Shown here: in pieces, positions 8,960-17,898 of the stretch
How the letters are laid out: every line of letters starts with the position of its first letter
Numbering within the stretch: position 1 is the first letter of the stretch
NCBI GenBank assembly: GCA_037441385.1
Contig: JBBISH010000059.1
Coordinates: 1 to 38,226 of the forward strand
Direction of reading: 5' to 3'
Source of the DNA: Myxococcales bacterium
GTDB lineage: Bacteria; Myxococcota_A; UBA9042
DNA length: 38,226 nucleotides
Position numbers and translations under genes: made by a program
The notes under the pieces: generated by a model
What the model was told of the DNA's origin: nothing
Databases searched by the model: none
What the model saw: the letters and a program-made list of their open reading frames with translations, nothing else

Positions 8960-10432
8960 ATGAGGGCGCACAACCTGGCCTGGCCGCTGTTGTTGGCCGC
9001 CCTTGTGGCCTGTAGTGACCCCGCCGTGCCCGCGCAGCCCGCAGATGCCCAGGGCGACACTGGCATGCCCAAGCCGCAACGAATCCAGGTCGGCGGGCAC
9101 TTTCTGCGCGACGAACAAGGCCGGACGCTGCTTCTGCACGGCGTGAACGTGTCGTCGGCCGCCAAGTACGACAAGCTGCATGTGGGCGAGGCGAGCGCCC
9201 AAGCGTTCAAGACGATTGCCGACTTGGGCTTCGACAGTGTCCGCCTGCTGACGTTTTGGGGGGCGGTGATGACCGCGCCGGCCGGGGGCACGCTGGCGGA
9301 TTTGAAGCCGGACGACGCCTACTTGCAGCGGCTGGACACGATGATTGCCCAGGCCAGTGCGGCCGGGTTGCTGGTCGTGCTGGACATGCACCAGGACTTG
9401 TTCGGCTTTGGTTTTGGCGACAACGGCGCGCCGCCGGCCGCGTGCGACCCTGCCCACTACGCCGCCTATCAGCCTGTCGATCCTTGGTATGCCAACTACT
9501 TGAATCCGCACGTGCAAGCCTGCTTCGACGGCCTGTACGCCGACGGGCCGGTGCGCAACGCCTGGGCGGCGGCCTGGGGGCTTTTGGCGCAGCGCTACAA
9601 GGGCGACACGCGCATCGTGGGCTTTGACCTGCTGAACGAGCCGCACCAAGGCTCGGCCGATGCCCAACAGTTTGTGCCCACGGGGTTGTTCCCGTTTTTC
9701 CGCACGGCGATCGACCAGATCCGCGCCGCGGATCCGCAGCGGACCGTGTTCGTGGAGCCGATCACCTCGCTGCTGTTGTCGAACAACATTCATGTGGCGG
9801 CGCTGCAGCGCGACCAGGCGGTGTGGGCGCCGCACTACTACCATGTGCTCGTTCACGACGGTGCGCCGTATGATCCTAGTACCAAAGCGATTTTGCTCGA
9901 ACAGCCCATCGATCGCCTGGCTGGCGCGGCCCAGACCGTGGGGCAGGGCGACATGCCCGTGTGGTTCGGCGAGTTCGGCCTCCCCGCGGTGGCGGGCGAC
10001 AGCGTGCTCTTGGCGCAGATGCTGGACCGGTTTGATCAGCAGCGGGCCTCGTGGTGCTATTGGTCCTGGGATCACGGCGGTTTTTCGATGATGAACGGCG
10101 ACGGCAGCCTGCGGAAACAGGCGCTGCAGGTCCTGCTCCGGCCGCACGCGCGGCGGATTGCCGGCGAGCTGCTGACGAGCAGCTACGACAGCGAAAAGGC
10201 CAGCCTGACCATCCACTTCCGCACCCTGCCGGGCGATGCGACCGCAACTCTGCTGTGGCCGGGTTTGGCTGCGGTCGGCCTGCCGATCGGTGCATCGCCC
10301 CAAGACGTCGAGGTGACGTCGAGCGACCCCACCGGCCAGTGGAGCTGGGATCGCCAAGACCGGCTCGTGCGGGTCAAGCACGCCAGTCAAGTCGCGGAGC
10401 ACACGGTGATTTTACGAGTGAAGGCGCCGTAG
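8960..10432 (+). CDS. Glycoside hydrolase family 5 lipoprotein (endoglycoceramidase-like)
   Basis: Lipobox LVAC. Motifs GRTLLLHGVN, VVLDMHQD, LLNEP (acid/base), APHYY, WFGEFG (nucleophile) and LLRPHARRIAG leading into a C-terminal beta domain. Confidence 0.88.
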   Translation: MRAHNLAWPLLLAALVACSDPAVPAQPADAQGDTGMPKPQRIQVGGHFLRDEQGRTLLLHGVNVSSAAKYDKLHVGEASAQAFKTIADLGFDSVRLLTFWGAVMTAPAGGTLADLKPDDAYLQRLDTMIAQASAAGLLVVLDMHQDLFGFGFGDNGAPPAACDPAHYAAYQPVDPWYANYLNPHVQACFDGLYADGPVRNAWAAAWGLLAQRYKGDTRIVGFDLLNEPHQGSADAQQFVPTGLFPFFRTAIDQIRAADPQRTVFVEPITSLLLSNNIHVAALQRDQAVWAPHYYHVLVHDGAPYDPSTKAILLEQPIDRLAGAAQTVGQGDMPVWFGEFGLPAVAGDSVLLAQMLDRFDQQRASWCYWSWDHGGFSMMNGDGSLRKQALQVLLRPHARRIAGELLTSSYDSEKASLTIHFRTLPGDATATLLWPGLAAVGLPIGASPQDVEVTSSDPTGQWSWDRQDRLVRVKHASQVAEHTVILRVKAP

Positions 10433-10441
10433 GAGGCGCGC

Positions 10442-11269
10442 CTACAGCTGCTCGATGACACAACCGGCGGCCGCCAGCTTGGCCAGGGGCGCGATGTCGA
10501 CGCCCTTGGGCAATTTCAACGACTTCAGGCCTTCGAGCTTGGCCAGTGGCGCCACATCCATGACGCCCGTGCGGCTCAGGTCCAACACCCGCAGCCACTT
10601 CAGCTTCGCAATCGGCGCCACGTCTTGCAGCTTGGGCGAGCCCGCCACTACCAACCGCCCCAGCTTGGGCATCGCGGTCACAAAGGCCACGTCGGCGATG
10701 TCGGCGTCGACCAGATCGATCTCGGTGGCCTTGGTCAGCGCCTTGAGCGGTGCCGTTTCGCCCAGCTTGCCGCTGGCCACCACCATCCGCTGCAGACTGC
10801 GCAGGCGCGCGACTTCGCTCAGGATTTTCATGCCATCGCAGGTCGTGATCTTCACTTCCTCCAGCTTGGCCAGCCCAGCCAAGGGCTTGAGATCTGCCAC
10901 GGCGATCCCCGACAGTTCCAGCGTCTTCAGCTTGGTCAACGACTTGAGCGGCGCCAGGTTGGTGGTCTCTTTGGTCGGAGTCGGGGCGGTGGCATCACCG
11001 GTGAGCTTGACCGCGCGGACAAAGCCGTCGTCCGTCCAATCCAAGATGACGTCGTCCAAGTTAACCGGTGCGTCCGCCGCCCTCGGCACGATCTTTAGGC
11101 CGCGCAACACCTCGCGCTGCTTGGCTTTGACCGCATCGACCGCGGGGCTGGCCGGCGCGGACGCCTGGGCCGGTGGATCGGCAGCGATCGCGGCACCCGG
11201 CAAGGCAACCAGGGCCAGAAGGGCGCCGGCGGCCACGGCACGAACAGGGCGCAACAATGTGATCTTCAT
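10442..11269 (-). CDS. Secreted leucine-rich repeat (internalin-like) protein
   Basis: Signal peptide ending AAIA-A. Repeats such as LAPLKSLTKLKTLEL, LKPLAGLAKLEEV and VAPIAKLKWLRVLDL. Confidence 0.8.
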   Translation of the reverse strand: MKITLLRPVRAVAAGALLALVALPGAAIAADPPAQASAPASPAVDAVKAKQREVLRGLKIVPRAADAPVNLDDVILDWTDDGFVRAVKLTGDATAPTPTKETTNLAPLKSLTKLKTLELSGIAVADLKPLAGLAKLEEVKITTCDGMKILSEVARLRSLQRMVVASGKLGETAPLKALTKATEIDLVDADIADVAFVTAMPKLGRLVVAGSPKLQDVAPIAKLKWLRVLDLSRTGVMDVAPLAKLEGLKSLKLPKGVDIAPLAKLAAAGCVIEQL

Positions 11270-11342
11270 GGTCAAGGTCCCCCAAGGGTGCGGCGCGGCG
11301 GCCATGGCTGTGGTGCGACTGTAGCGCGCAGGTCGCTGCGGT

Positions 11343-12110
11343 TCAACGGCGATCAAAGGCAAAGCCGCCAAATGCCTGGGCAACCGGCATGATCTCCAAC
11401 ACGTTGATGTTGACGTGCGCGGGCGCCGTGGCGGCCCAGAAGATCGACTCAGCGATGTCGGCGCCGTTGAGGGGGCGGAAGCCTTGGTAGACCGCGTCGG
11501 CGCGCGATTGGTCGCCCTCGAACCGCACCAGCGCAAATTCCGTTTCGACCGCGCCGGGTTCGATGCTGGTTACTCGGATCGGCGTGCCGATCAAGTCGGC
11601 GCGCATGCCCAGGGCGTGTTGGTGCACAAAGGCCTTGGTGCCGGCGTAGACCGCGCCGCCGGGGTACGGATAGGTGCCCGCCACCGAACCCAGCTGAATC
11701 AGGTGACCGCGGCCGCGCTGCACCATGCCCGGCAGCACCGCACGCGTGGCGTAGATCATGCCGCTGATGTTGGTGTCGATCATCTGCTGCCAGTGCGTCG
11801 GGTTGCCCGCCGGGATCCGGTCCAGGCCCAGGGCCAGGCCGGCGTTGTTGATGAGCAGGTCCACCTCGGCGAAGCCGGCGGGCAGGTGGCTCAACTCGCG
11901 CAAGGTAGCTTCCTCGTTGCGGATATCAAAGCAGAGCACCAAGCAACTGGTGGGCAACTCTTGCGCCAGCGCCTCTAGGCGATCGCGGCGGCGGCCGGTC
12001 AGGATCAGCTTGCAGCCGGCGGCGGCAAATTTGCGGGCGCAGGCCTCGCCGATACCGGCGGAAGCGCCCGTGATGAGCACGGTGCGCGGAAGATTCTGCT
12101 TCCAAGTCAT
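11343..12110 (-). CDS. Short-chain dehydrogenase/reductase (YdfG-like, NADP-dependent)
   Basis: TGASAGIG, NNAGLALG, catalytic YAGTK, C-terminal PAHVNIN typical of the YdfG subgroup. Confidence 0.9.
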   Translation of the reverse strand: MTWKQNLPRTVLITGASAGIGEACARKFAAAGCKLILTGRRRDRLEALAQELPTSCLVLCFDIRNEEATLRELSHLPAGFAEVDLLINNAGLALGLDRIPAGNPTHWQQMIDTNISGMIYATRAVLPGMVQRGRGHLIQLGSVAGTYPYPGGAVYAGTKAFVHQHALGMRADLIGTPIRVTSIEPGAVETEFALVRFEGDQSRADAVYQGFRPLNGADIAESIFWAATAPAHVNINVLEIMPVAQAFGGFAFDRR

Positions 12111-12179
12111 AGGATTCCTCTTGATGCGGGATATGGTGCGGGATGTTCGAGTGGCCCAGGTGACGGGCGCGACGGGCCG

Positions 12180-13550
12180 CTACTTGGTCGCGGTGGGGTG
12201 CACGGCGATCTTGCCGGCGCCCAGATCATCCACCTGGTAGTAGGAATTACTTGTGAGTTCACCGTGTTTTCCAAGGGACCACACCTCGTAGTCCGACGGG
12301 GCTTCGCCGGTCTCGGGGTTGAAGTTGAGCAGGCCCGAGGCCCCTTCCACGTCCACGGGCTGGCCCTTCTTGAGGGCGGCGACCATGGCAGTGATATCGT
12401 TGGGTTTGAAGACGTGCGGTTCGCCGCTGGACAAGTGGCGCAGGCCCTCGGCCAAGGTCGTGCCCGTGACCCCACCGCTGCTGCCCGTGCCCGTGGCCCA
12501 GGCATGGCCCAAGGCCACCACGTACACCGCATCAAATGCATGTTGCGTATAGGCCTGCTCGCCTGGGTCGGCGCCAAAGCGTTGCTTGAAACGCTCGGCA
12601 AATACTTGATAAGTCTCTGTGGGCGGCTGACCCGGGCGGACACACCGGGCGCCCAGAAGGCTGGCATCGGCGTCAAACGGGTGGGTGGCCAAGTCCTTGT
12701 CGCACGCCCCGTCGGCCAAAAGCATAGGCAGCTTGGCCAGTTTGGCGTTCTTGGCGCGCGCGTTCGCCGCCATCGCCGCCATCGGCGAGGTGCCCACAAA
12801 CACCAGCGAGCCCAGACTGCCGGCGTCCAAGTCTCCGATCGCCTTATCGATTCCGGTTCCTGCGGCCGGGAAGGTGCTGGCCGTCAGCCGCATGCCCAAC
12901 TGCTTGCGCATGGCGTCGACCAGGCCGTCGCCGTATGGGCTCTGCACCGCCACCGCGCCCACCTTGGCGCCGGGGTCCACCGTCTCGGTCGCCAGCTGCG
13001 CGAGCACGGCGCCTTGGTACAGATCGCTGGGCGCCACGCGCCACACCAAGCCCTTGTCGTCCAAGAACGTCAATTCTTCGCTGGTCGCCGAGATCGCCAT
13101 CAGCAGCACGCCGGCCGGCACGGTCACGGCCTGGATGGTCTGCGTGTCGGCGCTGGCGTCCGAGATGATGGCGTTGACTTTATGCTCTTTGATCAGGTAG
13201 TTGGCCAAGTCGCGGCTGATGGCGCCGCCGCCGGCGGCCCAATCCGAATGGGTGTCGCAGACCCGAATCCGCACGCGGCGACCGCTGATGTCGCGGTGGT
13301 CGTTCAGCTCGGCGACGGCCAAGTGCATGGCGCGCAGGTAAAATTCGCCGTTGGGGTCCTTTGCGCCGCCGGGTTGCGTCAGCTCCAGGATGGCGCCGAT
13401 GTCCCAGGTGGGCATGCCGGCCACGCCATCGTCGATGACGGTCGCGCAGCGGGCGGCGGCAAAGTCCAAGTCCGGCGGCACCACCGAGGCGCACGCCGTC
13501 AGCACGGGCACAGCCGCCAGGGCTAGGAATCGAAACGAAAAAGGCATCAT
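12180..13550 (-). CDS. Lipoprotein substrate-binding protein (branched-chain amino acid/type 1 PBP family)
   Basis: Lipobox LTAC. Motifs LAVAELN, ISATS, RVAPSD.YQG, YGDGL, FDAVY and VEGASGLLNF. Confidence 0.85.
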   Translation of the reverse strand: MMPFSFRFLALAAVPVLTACASVVPPDLDFAAARCATVIDDGVAGMPTWDIGAILELTQPGGAKDPNGEFYLRAMHLAVAELNDHRDISGRRVRIRVCDTHSDWAAGGGAISRDLANYLIKEHKVNAIISDASADTQTIQAVTVPAGVLLMAISATSEELTFLDDKGLVWRVAPSDLYQGAVLAQLATETVDPGAKVGAVAVQSPYGDGLVDAMRKQLGMRLTASTFPAAGTGIDKAIGDLDAGSLGSLVFVGTSPMAAMAANARAKNAKLAKLPMLLADGACDKDLATHPFDADASLLGARCVRPGQPPTETYQVFAERFKQRFGADPGEQAYTQHAFDAVYVVALGHAWATGTGSSGGVTGTTLAEGLRHLSSGEPHVFKPNDITAMVAALKKGQPVDVEGASGLLNFNPETGEAPSDYEVWSLGKHGELTSNSYYQVDDLGAGKIAVHPTATK

Positions 13551-13761
13551 GGTGGCGGCCTTCGTGACGGGGCGCGCGCATTCGCGACGGCCCTTGCACT
13601 TTACGCGCACGGCCCGATGCTGACAACCGCCCGCCAATTCGCTGGGGAAACGCCCGCGCGCGTTGACGCTGCGGTGGGCTGGGCGTAGCCTGGCTTGCGG
13701 TGACCGCAGCCCGCAATTGCTCTGGCATTTTGGGGACGTGGCGGTTGGTCAAAGGGGGCGG

Positions 13762-15594
13762 GTGCGTTCGGAACGGGTCTACTGCCACTACCGCTGCAAC
13801 CAGAATTGCCGCTTCTGCACGGTGCGCCGACCGCAGGACGACTTGGCCTTTGTCTCGACTTCTGCGGTGTTGCAGCGGATCGCCGCCGTGTTGGACCGCG
13901 GTGTGGGCGAGCTGGTGTTGACCGGTGGCGAGCCGACCATGCGCCGCGACCTGGACCAACTGGTGGCGGCCGCGAGCGCGCGCGGTGCCAAAGTGGTGGT
14001 CGAGACCAACGCGACCTTGCTCGATGATCCGCGCGCCACGCAATTGGCCAACGCGGGAGCCACGTTGCTGCGTGTCCACCTGCCGGGCTGGGGCGCAGTT
14101 TGCGATCGCGTGACCCAAGATCCCGGAGGTTTTTCGAAGACTTTGGTGGGCCTGCAGGCGGCATTGTCCGCCGGTCTGGCTGTGGAGGTTCACACGGTGC
14201 TGGTGCAGTCCACTCGGGCGACGTTGGCGCAACTGCCTTTGCAGCTGGATGAATTGGGGCTGGCGGCCAAGCTGTCGGTCCTGCAGGTGGCCGTGCCCAG
14301 CCAAAGCGCCGACCCGACGGAGTTGCTCGCCTACGAGGATGCGGCGCCTGTGCTGGCCCAACTGGCCGAGACCTGCCGAAAAGTTGGGCTGCGGCTCGCT
14401 CTGCCGGCCGACAGCGGTCCACCGCCGTGTTTGCTTGAAAACCCAACGCGTCTTGCGCACTTGTATGCTCTGTCGCCGGGGGGCGCCGCGAGCCCGCAGC
14501 ACCAGCACCTAGCGGCGTGCGGCGACTGCCTGGTGCGCGACCGTTGCCCAGGGCTGCCGCGCGCGTACCTGGCGCGGTTTGGCGCGCCCATCTTGCGGCC
14601 CGTGGCTCACGACCGGCTGCGGCGCCGCCTCACGCGCATGGCCAGCCTGGACGAGCAGATCCGCAGGGAGTTTGTGCAGTTGAACCGCTACACCGACCGA
14701 CGCAGCGGCCTGCCCATCGAAGAGCACCTGATTCGGATCAACTTCCACTGCAACCAGGCTTGCGCCTTCTGTTTTGTTTCGACCCACCTGCCCGCGGCAG
14801 GCGATGCGGCGGTGCGCGAGGCCATCGTGGCGACCGCTCAAAGCGGCCGGCAGGTGACGCTGAGCGGCGGCGAGCCCACGCTGCACCCACAACTGCTGGA
14901 CTACATTGCGCTCGCCCGCGAGCACAGTCAGGCGCATCCGCGCAGGCACGCCGTGGGTTTGCAGACCAACGCGGTCAAACTCGCGGACCAGCAACTGACG
15001 CGGGCGGTGGTGGCGGCCGGGGTCGAGTGGGTGCAGGTCTCGCTGCACGGCAGCCACGCCGAGCTGGCCGAGGCGATGAGCGAAGCGCCCGGCACCTTTG
15101 AGCCACAGGTCCGCGGCATTGACCACCTGCACGCCGAGCCGGGCGTGTACCTGACGATCAACTTCGTGATTACTCGTCGCAACGTTGTGGATCTGGTGCC
15201 CTTTGTGGGGTTGTGCGGTCAGCGCTGGCCGCGGGCCTTTGTGAATATCTCGTTCGTGGGGCCGTCGAGCGACGTGGTGCCCAAGGATCAGGCGTTGGTG
15301 CCGACCTACGCGCAGGTGCTGCCCCACCTGTACGCGGCCATCGCGCGCGCCGGGGAATTGGGTTTGGACATCGGCGGGTTCGAGTCGATGTGCGGCGTGC
15401 CGTTGTGCTTGGTACCGGCCGAACAGCGACAAGCGATGCAGGCCGAGATTCCGCCCGACTACGACCAGGGCGAATTCGTGCATCCGCCGGTGTGCGACAC
15501 GTGCACCCTGCGCGGCAATTGTTTTGGCGTGCGGCGCGGTTACTTTGACCTGTATGGCGCGGCCGAGCTGACGCCGGTGGCGTCGACACCGTGA
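13762..15594 (+). CDS. Tandem double-domain radical SAM protein (HxsC-like C-terminal Cys motifs)
   Basis: Two CxxxCxxC motifs (CNQNCRFC, CNQACAFC). Each is followed by GGEPT and a C-terminal PxC...CxxC-x5-C-x-G...YxxxxG cluster. Start placed at GTG 13762 after AAGGGGG; upstream alternatives are 13663 and 13738. Confidence 0.85.
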   Translation: MRSERVYCHYRCNQNCRFCTVRRPQDDLAFVSTSAVLQRIAAVLDRGVGELVLTGGEPTMRRDLDQLVAAASARGAKVVVETNATLLDDPRATQLANAGATLLRVHLPGWGAVCDRVTQDPGGFSKTLVGLQAALSAGLAVEVHTVLVQSTRATLAQLPLQLDELGLAAKLSVLQVAVPSQSADPTELLAYEDAAPVLAQLAETCRKVGLRLALPADSGPPPCLLENPTRLAHLYALSPGGAASPQHQHLAACGDCLVRDRCPGLPRAYLARFGAPILRPVAHDRLRRRLTRMASLDEQIRREFVQLNRYTDRRSGLPIEEHLIRINFHCNQACAFCFVSTHLPAAGDAAVREAIVATAQSGRQVTLSGGEPTLHPQLLDYIALAREHSQAHPRRHAVGLQTNAVKLADQQLTRAVVAAGVEWVQVSLHGSHAELAEAMSEAPGTFEPQVRGIDHLHAEPGVYLTINFVITRRNVVDLVPFVGLCGQRWPRAFVNISFVGPSSDVVPKDQALVPTYAQVLPHLYAAIARAGELGLDIGGFESMCGVPLCLVPAEQRQAMQAEIPPDYDQGEFVHPPVCDTCTLRGNCFGVRRGYFDLYGAAELTPVASTP

Positions 15595-16943
15595 AGCACG
15601 ACGTGTTGCGTTGGGTCGACGGAGTGCCCGCGGGGTGGCGGTGGCAGGCCGTGGAGCGGCGGCCGCACGGCTGGTTGCTGCACATCCAGGACGACCAGGG
15701 GCGCGAGCACGCCTTTGAGCTGCAGCCGGGGCCAGATGAGCACGCTCTCTGCCGGGGCCAGCGCTGGTCGGTGAGCCACCGCGGTCGAGTCGATCAGCCT
15801 GATCTGGCGCGGACTTACGTGGCCATCGCGCGCAGCCTCCTTGGCGACGAAGCCCGCTTGGAGGCGAGTCTTGAGGATAACGCGCCGGCAGCCCCGCTCC
15901 CGCCAATCGAGCGCGTCCACTGGAGCGAGACGGAGCTGTGGTTGCGCACGCGCGGTCAGCCGGGGCAAGTCGCGGAAGTGTTGGGTAATTTGCCAGCGCA
16001 CGCGTCACTGATGGCCGAGTTGTACTTGGAAACGCCTTGCCAGCAAGCCTGCGATTTCTGCCAGCAGCCTGGGCGGCGCCGGCAAATCCATCACCGCGCC
16101 GGGGTCTGGGCGCGCGACCAGGCGCGGCGGTGGCGGCGGTCTCTGCTGGGCAGCGGTGTGTTTGCCGAGCTGGCGCGCCAACTTGCGAATCGCCAACCGC
16201 CTGCCACGCTGGTCTTGACCGGCCACGACTGGGCGGCCGATCCCGAGCTGCCGGCGATGCTCGCCGTGCTGGCGAACCTGCCGACGCTGGGCGTGTCGCT
16301 GCTGGGGCCCGGCACGGCGCTGGCGGACCCGGCCCTGTTGGACGCGGTGGTCGGGTTGCCGAACCTGCACAGCGTGGCCCTTACCTTGCAGTCCGCTGAC
16401 TTGCAACGGCATGACGCCCAGGTCGGGGTGCCGGGTGCGGCAGCCAAGGTCTTGCAGGCGCTTGAGCAGTTGCAACAGCGCGGTGTCCGCGTGGGGGTCA
16501 ATGTGGTGCTGACCACCACGGCGCTGCCCGAGCTTTCTGGCCTGGCCAACCTGGCGGTGACTCGGGGCTTCCCGTTGAGTTTGCTTGGGTTTGTTCCCGA
16601 TCGCGGGCCACTCGACTTGCGGTCGCGCATTCCGCGCTGGGACGCGTTGGCCACGGTTCTGAGTGAAGTACCGGCGGCTTCGTTCCGGGGACTGCAGAAA
16701 TTGAGCCGTGTTCCGTTGTGCGCCGTGCCTGCCGAACTCCGCGACCGCTGCGACGCGGACCGAAGCCGGGCGACTCGCCATCTGCCGCTGGTTTGCCAGG
16801 GTTGCGCCGAGTCCGGACGCTGTGCCTGGGTGGCCGACGACTACCTGGCTCGCTTTGGCAGTGAGGGGCTGCGGCCCAGCTTGCCTAACGTCGCCGCCAA
16901 CCTTGGCGAAGGGCCGAGCGGATCGCAGCTGGGTCCAGGCTGA
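15591..16943 (+). CDS. Radical SAM protein with N-terminal extension (divergent)
   Basis: GTGA overlap with the upstream gene. CQQACDFC motif, GGE motif replaced by TGHD, and the same C-terminal VPLC...CQGC..C...YLARFG motif as the upstream domains. Confidence 0.75.
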   Translation: MKHDVLRWVDGVPAGWRWQAVERRPHGWLLHIQDDQGREHAFELQPGPDEHALCRGQRWSVSHRGRVDQPDLARTYVAIARSLLGDEARLEASLEDNAPAAPLPPIERVHWSETELWLRTRGQPGQVAEVLGNLPAHASLMAELYLETPCQQACDFCQQPGRRRQIHHRAGVWARDQARRWRRSLLGSGVFAELARQLANRQPPATLVLTGHDWAADPELPAMLAVLANLPTLGVSLLGPGTALADPALLDAVVGLPNLHSVALTLQSADLQRHDAQVGVPGAAAKVLQALEQLQQRGVRVGVNVVLTTTALPELSGLANLAVTRGFPLSLLGFVPDRGPLDLRSRIPRWDALATVLSEVPAASFRGLQKLSRVPLCAVPAELRDRCDADRSRATRHLPLVCQGCAESGRCAWVADDYLARFGSEGLRPSLPNVAANLGEGPSGSQLGPG

Positions 16944-17898
16944 AGATCAGGTCCAGCTCTTGGTACGGGCTGATGGCGCAGCCAGGGCCGGCGCTCGCGG
17001 GCGCCATCTGGCCAAACGCCTCGGCAAACCCCAGCGTTGCTGCCGAGGGCCATCTCCGCTCGTCCGCAGTCAGATGGCAGGGCACGAAGGTACCGTCGGG
17101 CAGGATGGTTACGAACTGCCGGCCCGCCCTGCAGTTCTCGCAGCGACTCGCCCCCGGTGTGCCGGCCAGGCGGCGCAGGAAGCCAGGCGAAGCGCCCACT
17201 GGTCGCCCCTGGGCCCGGGCGCGCGCCAAAATGGCGCTCACGCCCCGCAGAACGTCCGGACTCAAGCCAGGTTGCAGGCCCTTATCGCGACCAAAGCACT
17301 CTTGGTAGGCGGGCTGGAAGTAGGCAAAAAAATCGTACTCCTGGGCGAGCTGCAGCACCGGCTCGATTACGTGCAGATTCGCTGGCGTCAGCACCGTGAT
17401 GCTGGTGGTGGCGACGCCCAGCTGGCGCGCTTGCTGCAGCACCTGCACCGCGCGTGCAAACGAGCCGGGCTTGCGGCGGGCGGCGTCGTGCTCGGCCTCT
17501 GGGCCATCTAGAGAGATCATGAGCAGATCCAGGCTCGTCGACAGCTCGCGCACCTGGTCGCCCGTGAGCCAGCCATTGCTGTTGAGCGAGGTGGTCAGCC
17601 CCAGCGCCTTGGCTCCCGCCACGATGGCGCTCGCGTCGGTGCGCAACAAGGCTTCGCCACCCGAGAAGCTCGCGCGCAACAGGCCGGCCCGGCGCAGCTC
17701 CCCCAACCCCGTCAGCCACTGATCAGCGGTCAACTCGTCGCCAGCGCGGTCGGGGATGTCGCAGTAGGTGCAGCGAAAATTGCAGCGATGGGTCAAGATG
17801 CAAGCGGCCGAGAGCGGTCGCCGCCGGTTGCCCGCACACGCTGCGGCCGCCAGTGCCAGTTGGCGACCTTGCCGCGCCATGGCGCGCAACGTCCTCAT
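16885..17898 (-). CDS. Radical SAM protein with SPASM/twitch-like C-terminus
   Basis: ATG 17898 overlaps the UbiA stop (ATGA). CNFRCTYC, SGGEALL, ISLDG and C-x-AG...I-x-PDG-x-x-x-PC. Its 3' end overlaps the convergent gene by ~59 nt. Confidence 0.85.
   Translation of the reverse strand: MRTLRAMARQGRQLALAAAACAGNRRRPLSAACILTHRCNFRCTYCDIPDRAGDELTADQWLTGLGELRRAGLLRASFSGGEALLRTDASAIVAGAKALGLTTSLNSNGWLTGDQVRELSTSLDLLMISLDGPEAEHDAARRKPGSFARAVQVLQQARQLGVATTSITVLTPANLHVIEPVLQLAQEYDFFAYFQPAYQECFGRDKGLQPGLSPDVLRGVSAILARARAQGRPVGASPGFLRRLAGTPGASRCENCRAGRQFVTILPDGTFVPCHLTADERRWPSAATLGFAEAFGQMAPASAGPGCAISPYQELDLIFSLDPAAIRSALRQGWRRR

Noticed and set aside
8954..8962. Readthrough fusion of the hydrolase into the GH5 (TAG CCG ATG, same frame)
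   Set aside because: The GH5 has its own ATG and lipoprotein signal peptide, and same-frame adjacency has a 1-in-3 chance.
13551..13761. RiPP precursor peptide next to the rSAM genes
   Set aside because: No short ORF with an SD, leader-like composition or His-Xaa-Ser/Cys-rich core was found here or around the other rSAM genes.
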